Below, piece by piece: positions 13,126-26,576 of a stretch of 64,000 nt of DNA; the stretch's first letter is position 1, and each line of letters opens with the position of its first letter. The DNA comes from Octopus sinensis. Its lineage: Eukaryota. The stretch is from positions 65,844,001-65,908,000 of the forward strand of contig NC_042999.1 of NCBI RefSeq assembly GCF_006345805.1, given 5' to 3'. The notes under the pieces are model-generated. The model was not told where the DNA came from and did not search any database. It worked only from the letters and a program-made list of their open reading frames with translations. Made by a program: the position numbers and the translations under genes.

Positions 13126-13960
13126 TACCTCTTCCGTTTCTGTGGCTTGGGGGACAGCCACCTTCTCCGCTTCCAACAAGGACAGCTGCCGCTACCCAAG
13201 CTTCTATATCCGGTGGATTTGATTCTACACTCACCTTGGATGTCTTTCTTCCAAGGTATGTGGGCAGAAGCAATACTTCCTCTGTTTTCACCGCCACACG
13301 CACCAGCCTCCACGCCTCCACTACTGTCCAACTTTGGACATATCTTCTTCCTTTGGCTATCTCCTTTGATCGCTCCCTCAGCGCCTTTTCCATTTCTGCC
13401 TCTACCTGTTCTGCCATTTTTCCTTTCAACGAGTACAACATATGGGTGATCGTTTTCTTCTCCATCCTCTCCATAATTCCTTTGGCGAGCGACAACTTCA
13501 CGTCATCACCCACTTTCTGAGCCATCTTCTCATACACCTTCAGACCAGCCAAGTCCAGCTCCCTTCGCTTCACCTCCGTGGCGTCAGCAAAACTCCTTGT
13601 CTTTAACACTCCGTCCATCTTCATGACCACCATTACCAGCTCTTCCTCCTCTGACGACAACCCAGACCCGTCAAGGTCTAAGTACATCATCTAAGCAACA
13701 CAAAAAACTACGTCCGACTCTTACAAAATCCACACAGCAAATAACTCGACGCATTCGCGGAAGCAAGCTTCGTACCATACAGCCACGCCTGTGCCAACAC
13801 ACACACACATGATGGACTCTCCTGTCAAAGCCGTCGTACGAGTACTCACCTTTTGCGATCGACCTGCCCAAATGATTTGTTTGTGGTGATAAAACGTTTG
13901 TGCCGCACACTAGCTCACTCTCTCCATCAATTCGACGTTTTCTGAACAGGTCCACCGTGT
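13112..13960 (-). mobile_element. GC-richer insert, probable non-LTR retrotransposon ORF1/gag-like fragment
   Basis: 192-aa ORF 13112-13690 plus overlapping 94-aa ORF 13671-13955. Lys/Glu-rich helical composition and a PTYLGRKTSKVSVESNPPDI segment. Abrupt composition change, abutting the mariner remnant. No RT seen, so the assignment is inference. Confidence 0.45.
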
Positions 13961-14195
13961 ACCGTAAGTCAGGTGCTGAAATGATAGCAGAGCAAGGTGC
14001 GATTAATTGGTTTGCTCAAGAAAACAACGCACGAGACACTCTAGGTATTGAAACCACGATCTAGCGACGGTGGGTGAAAAACCCTAACCACTGAGTTACG
14101 CGGGCGTGCCGCCTGTGTGTGTTCGCGCATGCGAGCATGTGTATGCATGTATGTATGAATATATGTATATATATATAAATATATATACATATATA

Positions 14196-14347
14196 CGACA
14201 GGCTTCTTTCAGTTTCCGTCTACCAAATCCACTCACAAGGCATTGGGGCTATAGCAGAAGACACTTGCCCAAGATGCCACGCAGTGGGACTGAATCCGGA
14301 ACCATGTGGTTGGTTAGCAAGCTACTTACCACACAACCACTCCTGCG

Positions 14348-14350
<3 letters not shown>
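14196..14350 (-). mobile_element. SINE family B copy
   Basis: Same sequence family as 8767-8918, embedded in a TA microsatellite. Confidence 0.82.
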
Positions 14351-14404
<54 letters not shown>

Positions 14405-14988
14405 AAAATAAGATAAATTTTTTATAAGAAATTATCAAGTAGTAAGCGTGAAAAACCTCACAAGAGAAAAATTTATTAATTATTCCCTTTAAATAATTAT
14501 TCCCAGTTACTGCCTTTAAATATATACATATATATACACACATATATATATATATATTATACATATATATACATATATACATATATATATATATACATAT
14601 ATATATACACATATATACATACAAATATATATATATACATATATATATATGCATATATATATATATACATATATATACATATGTATATATATATATACAA
14701 ATATATATATACATATATATATACATATATATACATAATATATATATACATATATATATACATATATATATATACATATATACATATATATTACATATAT
14801 ATACACACATATATATATATACATACATATATATATATATATATACATATATATACACACATATATAATATATATACATATATATACACACATATATAAT
14901 ATATATATATATATATATACATATATACATATATACATATATATACATATTATATATATATATATATATAATATATATATATATATAT

Positions 14989-15020
<32 letters not shown>

Positions 15021-15030
15021 ATATATATAT
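14350..15030. repeat. Compound (TA)n/(TACA) microsatellite block with a short embedded repeat at ~14410-14520
   Basis: Direct reading. Source of the spurious YI/IY ORFs. Confidence 0.95.
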
Positions 15031-15576
15031 TTCAATCCACCTGGCACGTGTTGCCGATAAGTTTAGAGAACCATAGTATATGATGGAATAATGACACTTA
15101 TTAATGGACCCAACAAATGAATGATTGAAAAAGGTGAAGAACAACCTTACTTCTCTTATAATCTTCATAGATAAGCCACGCTTGTAGCGAGGGAGGGTGA
15201 CCGACCAAGTTAGGACTAGCAGGAATTAGGTCAGTTATTGTAAGCCTGCATTTAGCCATTATTTGACTAGTTAAGGGGAAGGGGATACATAGTGAAGTAA
15301 ACATAAATATTGTTCCTATCAAATCAAGAGAGAATTGAAATTCGATATCTTGTTATTTGCTTTAGAGGTAAGGCAAAATAAAGGATAATTTGTACGAAAG
15401 AGTGAATAGCTAGACCTATTCTTTAGCTCAGCATATGAATAGAATCCGGTGATTAAAATTAGATCGTAAAAATAATGTTTACAAACAAGTGTGGACCATT
15501 TATAATAGTGAGACTAATATATTTTTATTCACTAATGTGGGTATTCCGCTTCGAGTTTATTATTGGAGATAAAATA

Positions 15577-15960
15577 AAGGCGGCGATCTGGCAGAAACGT
15601 TAGCACTCCGGGCAAAATGCGTAGCCGTATTTCGTCTGCCGTTACGTACTGAGTTCAAATTCCGCCGAGGTCGATTTTGCTTTTCATCCTTTCGGGGTCG
15701 ATGAATTAAGTACCAGTTACGCACTGGAGTCGTTTTAATCGACTTAATCCGTTTGTCTGTCCTTGTTTGTCCTCTCTGTGTTTAGCCCCTTGTGGGTAGT
15801 AAAGAAATAGGTATTTCGTCTGCCGCTACGTTCTGAGTTCAAATTCCGCCACGGTGTCGATAAAATAAGTACCAGTTGCGCACTGGTGTTGATGTAGTCG
15901 ACTATCCCTCGCCTCCAAATTTCAGGGCTTGTGCCTATAGTAGAAAGGATTACGAAAGAT
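15577..15960 (+). mobile_element. SINE family A dimer
   Basis: Full copy from ggcggcgatctggcagaaacg, joined at aaagaaatag|gtatttcgtctgccg to a 5'-truncated second unit. Confidence 0.8.
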
Positions 15961-16916
15961 TGAAGGCGATACAGTAATTGAAAGATACGCACGTTATTGC
16001 GCTTGAAGTAGTGAGTAAAAAATTGCGATAATCGAAAATGGTTAAAAGAAAGCTAAAAAGATATTTTATTTTAAAATAGATTATATCAAATAGAAAGGAA
16101 ATTAAAGCATCTACTGAATATCACAAGCTATTCAAATACGCTAGAAAAAGTAAAGTACAGGACCAGGCGGATGGATTTTATATCAAGATATTTTAGTTTT
16201 TAATCTAGTATTGAAAGTAATTAATAGTTGTATTAAACAAATGACTACATCTTAACATTAGTTCATTTCCTCTTTGCAACATATGACATATGGAAGGAAG
16301 ATTTTTTATACATGGCAAAAAAACAAAAAAAAAATCAGAAAAGAAAAAGAAACCTCAAGTTCCTTAAGTAAATTTTTCTGGGGAATTTACTGATTCTCAA
16401 TATGATATTAAATGGATATAATTGAGTCGTGCTCTACCATGCATTGTAGAAAAATTGAAATGTGAATTTTGACTGGAACAGTCTTTGAAGAAACATTATT
16501 ATATAATCTGGCTTTAAAGTCTGTAACGCAGCAAATAGAAAGGCGATAAAAGCAAATACTTTATAAACTCACTTTATAAACTTACTGTGTAAAAACAAAT
16601 CTGGCTAACTAAATTCGTCTGTGATGCATATTCTTTTCTACTCAAGGCACAAGCCCGAAATCTTTTCGGGGAGGGGACTAGTCGATTAGATCGACTCCAG
16701 TATGCAACTGGTTCTTAATTTACCGACCACGAATGGGTGAAAGACAAAGTCGTGAAATCCACATAATCAGTACTTTCACAAATCGCCACTGGTCTAATTT
16801 GCAAATCTATAAAATAGAGTCACCAGGTAAAATCGATATGATGTTAGAGAGAATCACTCAGAAGTTACAAATGTAATGCATATTTGTTCATTTTAATCCA
16901 GCTTACACGCGTTTCT

Positions 16917-16980
<64 letters not shown>

Positions 16981-17945
16981 CTATAGGTATGTATGTATAT
17001 ATGTATGTATGAAGCAAATGATAGAGGCGGAAGATGGTATACATAGGAAATTTTGGGTATGTGTGTGTGTTGATGTATGTTTGCATATATAATTCACAAA
17101 CATTAATGCGTAGATGCGAAATAATATTTTCTAAAATGCGTTCAAAGTCATACACATTAACATATGCACCCGTATTATTATACTCGTGTATATACGCAGA
17201 AACCTCGTCAGAATATAAGGGTGTATATAAATGCATCGATTAAGCAGTATTGATCTACATTTACTGTTAAGATATACTTACGGAGTCTTCTTCCTCAATA
17301 ATAAATTTTATAGACTCCATTACAGAAACATTTAACTGATACAAATTGCTGCAAGTTTTACACGAAGCACCGAATTATTAGAAGATAATGTTGTGTAGCT
17401 CTATAAATTGATACTTTGAATTTAACATAGCAGTGTGACAACGAGAACCATTATGTGTGTATTTAGACAAAAGCATTCACTCATCCGTATTGGTTGTATT
17501 ATTCTATAACGGTATATGACGATGTCAAAATGTCTTCGTTGTTGAATACACGGCTGTAGAAAAACATATACATGAAAATCATACAAATAACTGCTCTTGT
17601 ACGCTTGCAGAAAAACCTTATACGTAAATACGTACATAAACTTCGAATCATCGGATGTGACAAGATGAGAAAATATGCATAAAATTGGTGTAGAACATGA
17701 TCATTCATTTGACCTTCGCCAACTGCTGTTCTTCTTGAATTTCCACTGCAGTACTTGACCAGTCGCAAATATTCAATATTTAAAGAAATTTATGGCCAAA
17801 AATTCGTTAGCAAAATAATATGAAATTTACATACCCATTTAATTATGCAAGAGCTCTTGTTAATAACGTAAGAAATATTATGTGATACAACAAAAAGTCA
17901 AATGAATAACAAGCTCCGCGTCCAGCAATGACTGCAACAACAGTA

Positions 17946-18225
17946 GAGGCGCAATGGCTCAATGGTTAGGGCAGCGAACTCGCGGTCGGAGGATCGCGGT
18001 TTCATTCCCAGACCGGGCGTTGTTTGTGTTTACTGAGCGAAAACATCTAAAGCTCTACGAGGCGAAGGCAAGGGGTGGTGACGATCCCTGCTGTACTCTT
18101 TTGCCCCAACTTCCTCTCACTCTTTCTTCCTGTTTCTTGTCCCCCTACTTCCTACGCCTGGATGTGCATTCATCCATCTGTCAATGCTCTCGGTGTCGGG
18201 GGTTGACCTGCTTTCTCTTCTGCAG
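17946..18225 (+). mobile_element. tRNA-derived SINE
   Basis: Head ggcgcaatggctcaatggttagggcagcg...cggtttcattcccagaccgggc with A/B-box-like spacing, followed by a pyrimidine-rich body. Confidence 0.6.
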
Positions 18226-18479
18226 GTCATACGAATAGCAAAAAGGATCTACTTTCGGACTTCTCCCTCTGTGACGAAGACCGATTCGCTCAACCAACCA
18301 ACAAACAAACAAACAAACAAACAAACAAACAGCAGCAACAACAACAACAGCGATAAGAACAGCTGTACCAGCGACGACAACAACAGCAGCAGTAGCACTA
18401 GCAATGGGTCCGTCAGTGACAACAGCTTCGGCATCGGTAACGACAGCAACAACAACAGCTGTAACACAACCAGCACAAG

Positions 18480-18642
18480 GGCACTTACAAGGAAATGTGT
18501 TAATTCTAGAGATGGCCCTTTCAAGCATCGTCTTAACAATTACAGGTCATCCCTGAGGATACAAGAGGGGTTCCTGGCCAGCTATATATGCCGTTTCAAA
18601 GAGGAGGGCACGCCATGCATAATTAAATGGAGTATCCTCTAA
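18480..18642 (+). mobile_element. PLE GIY-YIG endonuclease remnant
   Basis: DGPFKHRLNNYRSSLRIQEGFLASYICRFKEEGTPCIIKWSIL resembles the PLE EN consensus FK.R..NH..SF...L..YIW.LK..G....I.W.I, also seen in ORF 40265-40696. Confidence 0.7.
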
Positions 18643-18659
18643 GAAGGGCTGTCACAACC

Positions 18660-18843
18660 GGGAACAAAAACAACGCGAGGACGTGGAACAAATACAGTAT
18701 TATTGGGCGCTCAGGAAGGAAGGGAATAAGGAGGGTTTAACGCTCCGAGTGGAGCTCTTCGCCAGAAACATAGGAAAAGGAAAGATCCAGAGAAGGGAAG
18801 ACGGAGGAAAAAAGATCGCCAACGGTGCACACGCGGTCACATC

Positions 18844-18845
<2 letters not shown>
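18660..18845 (-). mobile_element. Second copy of the 4862-5060 repeat
   Basis: caacgcgaggacgtggaacaaata.agtattattgg.cgctcagga...gagctcttcg...aaagatcc shared with 4890-5060. Directly follows the EN remnant. Confidence 0.6.
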
Positions 18846-18882
<37 letters not shown>

Positions 18883-19150
18883 TATATATATATATATACA
18901 CGAACACGCGTACAACATATACATACGCACACACACAACTCACACATACACACGATCAGATTCCAATGCAGCTGGTATTATTCTGTTGCCATTATTTCTT
19001 TAAATTTGGAGGATCTAATACTCTACTATATTTCGTTATTCTCTCTACTTTCAACCCTCTCTCTTTTCTTTCCTTTCCTGATGTCCAATAACACTGTACT
19101 TATTCCTCCATCCTCACGTTGTGTTTTTTCTTGCTGTTCATGCTTGGATT

Positions 19151-19196
<46 letters not shown>

Positions 19197-19320
19197 TATT
19201 ATATATATATATACATTAGCAATTGAGGATAAAATCTTAAAAGAAATTATCAGTAGTCAGCGTGAAAACCGTAAGAGAAAAAATCCGTAAATTCTTCCTC
19301 TTTGAAAATAGTCATTTATA

Positions 19321-20177
19321 TATATTGAGGGTACTACTATTCGTAGATACCAACACGCTAAGAGGGACCATGCGGTCAAAACTACTAAAAATAAACAAAA
19401 TTTTACCGAATGCAAAACTTCAAAACCATCATTTTAAAAAAGAATTCAGTTACATATCACATGTGATTTCGCATTTAATGCAGAATATGCATTTCATATT
19501 CGTCAGTGCAACAAACTCAAGAAATATAAGAAAAAACATAACATTACAACTCGATAGCCAACCGTAGAATTCGTCGTAGCTTGTACGAATGTTTATCCTT
19601 ACATATCTATGAAAATGGCGGGCTTTTTCGCAATGCATTTCGGTAACAAATTGCCTAGTCGGAATAAAAATTCACTATTGAACTATTCCGGTGAAAAATA
19701 TAAATTAACAATTGAGGATAAAATCTTTAAAAGAAATTATCAGTAGTCAGCGTGAAAAACCTCGTAAGAGAAAAAATCCTCAATTGTTAATTTATATTTT
19801 TCACCGGAATAGTTCAATAGTGAATATTTATTCCGACTAGGCAATTTGTGACCGAAATGCATTGCGAAAAAGCCCGCCATTTTCATAGATATGTAAGGAT
19901 AAACATTCGTACAAGCTACGACGAATTCTACGGTTGGCTATCGAGTTTGTAATGATATGTTTTTTCTTATATTTCTTGAGTTTGTTGCACTGACGAATAT
20001 GAAATGCATATTCTGCATCAAATGCGAAATCACATGTGATATGTAACTGAATTCTTTTTTAAAATGATGTGTTTTGAAGTTTTGCATTCGGTAAAATTTT
20101 GTTTATTTTTAGTAGTTTTGACCGCATTGGTCCCTCTTAGCGCGTTGGTATCTACGAATAGTAGTACCCTTAATATA
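19321..20177. repeat. Long palindrome, ~400-bp arms, 56-bp spacer
   Basis: 19321-19719 is the reverse complement of 19776-20177. Differences are mostly 1-bp indels. Confidence 0.92.
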
Positions 20178-20689
20178 ATATATATATATACATATAACAA
20201 AATTAAGGAGAGGAGAAAATAAATTCAAAGGCCGATGTAAATATTCATTGAATCCACATTAACGAAATTCTGCATTTTATACAAAGTACATACATGGATG
20301 CATTCATTTGTGTGATTTATAAAAACATTTCTAAGAATTTACAAACATATACATATACACGAAAATTTATGAATATATAAAAATTCCTGAATGTAAATAT
20401 ATAAAAAGTGTAAGTCCATAAATGCATTTGCGAAGTCCAAATGAAGTGGATGATAAAGCGGATATAAAATGATTCATAAGGAGTCTGGAACTTGAAGTGC
20501 AGCAGGTCTAAGGACTACGTAGAGATTCAATCGTTGCTGTTTAATGGTATAGGTGCCATGAGTGGTGCGCGCTTCTCTTCTATCTGCTTCATGACCATAC
20601 GGGAATTAACTCTCATGGCCGTTAAACGATCTGACAATTACAAAGCAGCAGTGAAGTAGGTAAGGCCAAGATTGATGACATACATGTGA

Positions 20690-21008
20690 AAAACAAAAGA
20701 GCACTCCGTAGGTTACGATGTTGAGGGTCCCACCTGATACGATCAATGGAACAGCTTGCTCGGGAATTTAACGTGCAAGTGGCTGATCACTCCTCAGACA
20801 CGCGTACCCCTATCGTAGTTCTCAGGGAAATTCAGCGTGACACCGAGTGGGACAAGGCTGGCCCTTTGACATGTGGCTACTACTCACTTTTCCCAGCTGA
20901 GTGGACTGGAGCAACGTGAAAAAAGGACACAACACGTCGCCAAGAATTGAAATCACGACCTTGAACTTACGATCGTGAATGTCCTAAACACTAAGGCACG
21001 TGCCTTCA
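20690..21008 (-). mobile_element. SINE family C copy
   Basis: Shares gatcaatggaacagcttgctcg...aacgtgcaagtggctga...gcgtgacac with 8420-8540 (inverted). tRNA-like head at 20940-21005 on the minus strand. Confidence 0.65.
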
Positions 21009-21512
21009 CAAGCACACATACAAAAACAACCAGAACAACTCACACATACACATTTTTATATGCATTTGAGTATATTGTTAGGTCCTTGTGTGTATACATA
21101 TATATGTGTGTGTCAATGCGTGTGCGTGAGCGTATGTGTGTGTGAGTATGTGTGTGTGTATGTATATGTGTTTCTAGAGCCATAGCTACAGTAGAAGAGC
21201 TATACTATAAGGAAATTGGGCAAGGTTCCGCGCAGCGCAGCATGAACTGAAGACAAAACTAGTTGCTCAATAAACAAATCATAACCAAACACACACTGAC
21301 ATACGAATCTATATGCTTCTAGTTTCATCTCAGTTAGTGTGAATTTGATTCTACAAAATGTATCTTTTTATAAGTAATATTAAGATTTATATAAGGCAAG
21401 CTGGAAAAATCTTTAGCAGAGTTGGCAAAATATCTCTTTCTCTCAGTTTGTCCGCCTGTCTGTCTCTCTCTCACTCTCTCTATCTATCTACCTGATTCTC
21501 TCTCTCTCTCTC

Positions 21513-21595
<83 letters not shown>

Positions 21596-21931
21596 CAGAA
21601 TGACAGAAAGTGACACACAGACAAAAAAAGAACATGCACATACATACGAACTTGTATAAATTGTGTATTTACTCCATTCTTAAGATTTATGGATACGAAT
21701 ATCCGGTCTCCATGACGTATAATTAACGAGATTCGCAACAGCACCCCTGAATGCAGTGCTAGTTCACCACAGGTCTATTATTTACATATGAGTGTACTGA
21801 AATGAAATGATTTTCTTAAACTGCCTCTGCATCTCCCGACCCGGGAATCGAAACCAAGACACTACATTTTACTCTCTTGGCCTACGCCTTTAGCTTCATT
21901 TATATATATATGTATATATATATATATATAT

Positions 21932-22140
21932 TTCTTTACTGCCCACAAGGGTCTAAAGATAGAGGGGACAAACAAGGACAGACAAATGGATTAAGTCGAT
22001 TACATCGACTTCAGTGCGAAACTTGTATTTTATTTATCGACCACGAAAAGATGAATGGCAAAGTCGACCTCCGCGGAATTTGAACTCAGAACGTAACGAC
22101 AGACGCAATACGGCGTTTCTGCCAGCTCGCCGCCTATCGC
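21932..22140 (-). mobile_element. SINE family A copy
   Basis: Same tail, central domain and head (gccagctcgccgcct) as other copies, with an internal deletion. Confidence 0.8.
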
Positions 22141-22146
22141 TTCATT

Positions 22147-22217
<71 letters not shown>

Positions 22218-22231
22218 ATTATTATTATTAC

Positions 22232-22289
<58 letters not shown>

Positions 22290-22689
22290 TTGTAATATAC
22301 ATAAAGATTTTAAAACTATGACTTAACTGTAGTACCAGTAGAAGTAAATATAAAACCAGAATTCAATTCAACTTAAAAAAAGTAACGCTATCGCCTTCTG
22401 TTGAATACCAATGCAGGAAACTTGATTGAATTCGTTCACGTTGAAAACGTCGTAACTGATGGACATTTGATGAAATTGCAGCGACTAACATGCATAATTG
22501 CATACAGAGCAATGTGCAGTTGCTGCAGTAGAAACTTATGTTGTTCATTGTTATATTTGCCGTAGAAAATTTGGTTATAAAATCGTGTTGGGTAAAAAAA
22601 TCTCCACTCTCCAGTTGGTTTTTAATTAAACACACACATTTAAAAATATATTCTAAATATAAATATAAACATTTAAATATATTATTCTA

Positions 22690-22990
22690 CCAATTATATA
22701 CGTTTTGTTTTTACAATTTACTTAATCATCGGTATATTATTGTTATTTTGATTTTAATATTTCTATTATATGTATTTTTCTAGATGGTGTAATTTAATTG
22801 TTCATTATGAATTGATAAAAGGTGTTTTTTTCAAATTCTTATATATATATATATATAATATATATATATATATATAATATATATATATATATATAATATA
22901 TTATATTGTGTCAAATTTGATTTAGTATTTCTAAATTGAATGTTTCCCTGTAAGTTAGGATTAATATTCCCTCAAATAATAATAATAATT
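22690..22990 (-). mobile_element. AT-rich non-autonomous repeat sharing its end with the big PLE
   Basis: Inverted homologue of 49586-49840. Contains the ttccctgtaa..t.ggatt.attccct.aata motif found at 48867-48900. Confidence 0.6.
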
Positions 22991-23950
22991 ATTATTATAT
23001 ATATATATAAACATTAATATATAGTAGTCGCCTTCTGGCTAACTTTTCCCGTCTTATAAGTGTTCAACTGCGTCCTGTAGTGGGGAATGTAGTTCAGGGT
23101 TTTGCAGTGTGGAAGAACCTTTGAGCCATTGTTTTTTTTCCCCAGGTCTTTTCTGACGTCGAGTAATAGCACGTGTTAGGGTTCCCGCAATAGGTAAACT
23201 AGCAACATTCAGGTTAATGTCCAAGGTCGCAGTAAGCCCATTGGATCTGAAGGAACCCTTATCTTTACTGAGGAGATCCCCAAGGAGAAAACTTGATGGT
23301 ATAAAACCTGATATTTGAAGTGCTAACGCACGAAACTCTAGGCCGCCAAGTTATTCAGTTGCTCCTGTTAAATATTATTAAAAATGTATATATACGCATT
23401 TTGATTTACATTTTTCCAGTTTATCTCACCATAACTATGTATACATATACTCGCGAGCGCACAGACACACACACACACACACACACACATTATATATATA
23501 TATATATATATAGTCCACAAACACAGAAGCACACGTGCGTCAGCGTGTATGTGTGCGTGTGTAAAATGTATATGTATTTGTGAAAGATTGAAATTATCCG
23601 AAAGCCAATGTAATGCAAATTGAAATATTTGTTTGAAAATTTCTGAGAAGATACCGCCCGATATCATCCGTCATTCTGTTTCAACGAAACTGTATGAACT
23701 GCTATATATATAGAAGGTAAAGTGCTACGCTAACTGTTCTTCTCTTTCCCTCTCTTACACCCACTATCACGTCTGTATTTCAATTTGCATTGCATTGGCT
23801 TTTGAGCAATTCCAATCTTAACTTAAATTATCACACAATGCTTTGCTCAACATACACCGTGCGTCTGTTTCTTTCTTTCTTTACACACACACACACGTGT
23901 ATATTATGTCTGTGTATGTGTATATAATACAAACGTACAAGGATATATAT

Positions 23951-24016
<66 letters not shown>

Positions 24017-25697
24017 CGTGAGAAGCAGATTATGTCTCACAAATATGTAGTTAAATAGATAGAATCTCGATAATTTCATAGCAAATAGATAGATTATTGC
24101 TGTAGAGAGAAATAATTGGATAAAGAGTTATGAGAGTGATAGTAAAATTGATTAATAAATAGATATAGCGTGGTACGGAAGCCAAAGAAATATTTTAACC
24201 GAATGCACAAGTCTAAGAGAAAGAACATGTGAAAGCTCAAAGGAAAGGAGATGAGGGGTTGGCGATTGAATTCCTGTGCTATATTGTTCGCTGTAAAATT
24301 GTAAACTTTCACCAGTTTAGATACTTGAAGGTCACTTTCCTAATTTTAGTTGTTATGGTAGTTTTAAAAATTATACCAATAGAATCTTGTACTCTATGGA
24401 GATGAAAAAATTTCGGAAACAAACGGAGAAAGGAAAATGTGATTTTTGCTTTATTTGACAATTTCGCTCAACAGACAAGCATTGTTTGTGAAGTTTCTAA
24501 CAAAAGATTTTTTCAGGGGGTGCTGTACAAATATAAAATTTTAACATGTGTGTATGCGTGTGTTTCTGTGTGTGTGTGTGTGCGCGTGTGTATGAGAGAG
24601 AGAGAAAGAGAGAGAGCGAGGAGGAAGAGAAAGAAAGACGTATAGAGAGGAAAGAGAAAGGAAATGAAATGTTTTTTATTTGCTGATATCGCATATGAAG
24701 ACAAAGGATTTCAGACTAACCTTTCTTTTTTTAGAAGTCAAAGTTTAAATATGAAATATCTATGCTGTATCTGAGGTATTGAGTGGCCGTATGCAGTCTG
24801 CAAATCTGCGATTTAAGAAGAGGTTTCGATTCTCTCCTTAAGACATTTCCGTCACTTATATTTGAAAATTCCCTTCTAATTGTGAAGACGTAAATCTCCT
24901 ACGGGAAAATAGCATAATATTTAATTGGAAAATAGTAAACCTTTTCTGCTTTTGAATATGTATACCACACATAGTTCCCGTGGAATCAATTTTTCTAAGA
25001 GTTTTTGCGCATGTGCTGACACTTATCCATATACACACGGGTGCACACACAAACACATACACAGACATGCACATGCAATTATAAGTGCGTGAGTTTGTGT
25101 GAGTCAGTGTGTTTTTGATTTGGTGTGTGTCAATGAGCATGTAAGTATTGAATTTAATGTAATCAGTAAGTAGTGTTTAAACTTATACTTTGTAAACAAG
25201 TAATGATCTATTAATCGTCTTCTCACATCGACAACAATTCAATTTCCCTTGATATGTTTCATGTCTAATTACCAACTTTTCAGAGGACAAGCATTCTTCC
25301 TTCCCTTGCCTTCGAACATAACTTCATAGACACCATTATTTAACATAATTACATACTCGTACCTAGGTATAATACCCTTTTGAAATATACATTCTATTTA
25401 GATCTGGTTACTTCTGAAGATGGGTCTTTCATGAGATACGGATGAAATTCTTGCCAAACGTCAAACTAATTTCAAAGTGATCACAGCAACTAATGTCACA
25501 AGTAAATTACCTTAAGTATCTGCATTAAGGTACATAAACATATATAAGAACATATATACAAGCATACATGCATTGATGCATAAATTATATATATATATAT
25601 GTAGATAGAGAGGAAGATAAATAATATGTATATATACATATATAGAATATATATATATATATATACATATATATTATATATATATATATATATGCAC

Positions 25698-25751
<54 letters not shown>

Positions 25752-25787
25752 TATATATGTATATATATATACACACACATATATATG

Positions 25788-25818
<31 letters not shown>

Positions 25819-26309
25819 TATATATATATATATAATATATATATACACACACACATATATATTGGAATATACACACACATATATATAAAGTGAGGGAGAG
25901 AGAGAAAGTGCATATGTAAGAAGTTTGCGTGAACTGACGTTATATAATAAGTATGTACTCTGAGGTCTCAGTTTTGTTTACCACTAAAAGTTCATCTTAA
26001 ACAACGACTGAAAAATGTGATGTGACTGCCTATGGAAGGTGGCTACATGTGGTTTCACTTTTGAGTGGATGGGTATATAGATAGTTGCCTCGAATGGGAC
26101 TATTCCTTCATTTTATATTTTTTCGACTTCTCCCTCCCCGATGATAGTATACCAAGTTTATAGAACCCTTCATGCATATCATGATCAATATGCCTGTAAG
26201 AGACTGTCTGTTTATATTCTCTGTAAATTATATATTTCCGAGTGATGCCGTTTTGCTCTTTCATTTTTATTGCAATCCATTTCTCTCTCTCTCTCTTTCT
26301 ACATACATG

Positions 26310-26378
26310 CATACATACATACATACATACATACATACATACATACATACATACATACATACATACATACATACATAC
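26310..26378. repeat. (TACA)n microsatellite
   Basis: Direct reading. (TATG)n also at ~51260-51360. Confidence 0.97.
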
Positions 26379-26525
26379 AGGCAGGCATTGTGGTGTGGTA
26401 AGAAGCTCGTTTCTGAACCACATAGTTCCGGGTTCAGTCCCACTGCGCGGACTGCACACCCGTCTCCTAGTATAGCCTCGGGCGTCTTGTGAATTTGGTA
26501 GACAGAAATGGAAAGAAGACCGTCG

Positions 26526-26527
<2 letters not shown>
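26378..26527 (+). mobile_element. SINE family B copy
   Basis: gtggtgtggtaagaagc (A-box-like)...ccgggttcagtccc (B-box-like)...gaaagaagaccgtcgtata. Confidence 0.75.

Positions 26528-26576
<49 letters not shown>

Noticed and set aside
15040-15540. Possible PLE-related remnant next to a TA array
   Set aside because: No motif could be reconstructed in any frame.
17499-17768. 89-aa minus-strand ORF in non-repetitive sequence
   Set aside because: No recognisable domain and a non-ATG start. Insufficient evidence for an exon.
17946-18025. tRNA genes at SINE heads (also 8348, 26378, 30448)
   Set aside because: A/B-box-like heads continue into SINE bodies and do not form complete cloverleafs.
18184-18480. 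Asn/Ser/Thr-rich N-terminal part of the 152-aa ORF
   Set aside because: Derived from (AAAC)n and (CAA/CAG)n repeats plus a SINE tail. Only the C-terminal EN-like part is credible.
20430-20660. Possible degenerate LINE ORF2 C-terminus on the minus strand
   Set aside because: Only vague resemblance across broken frames. Not supportable without a search.
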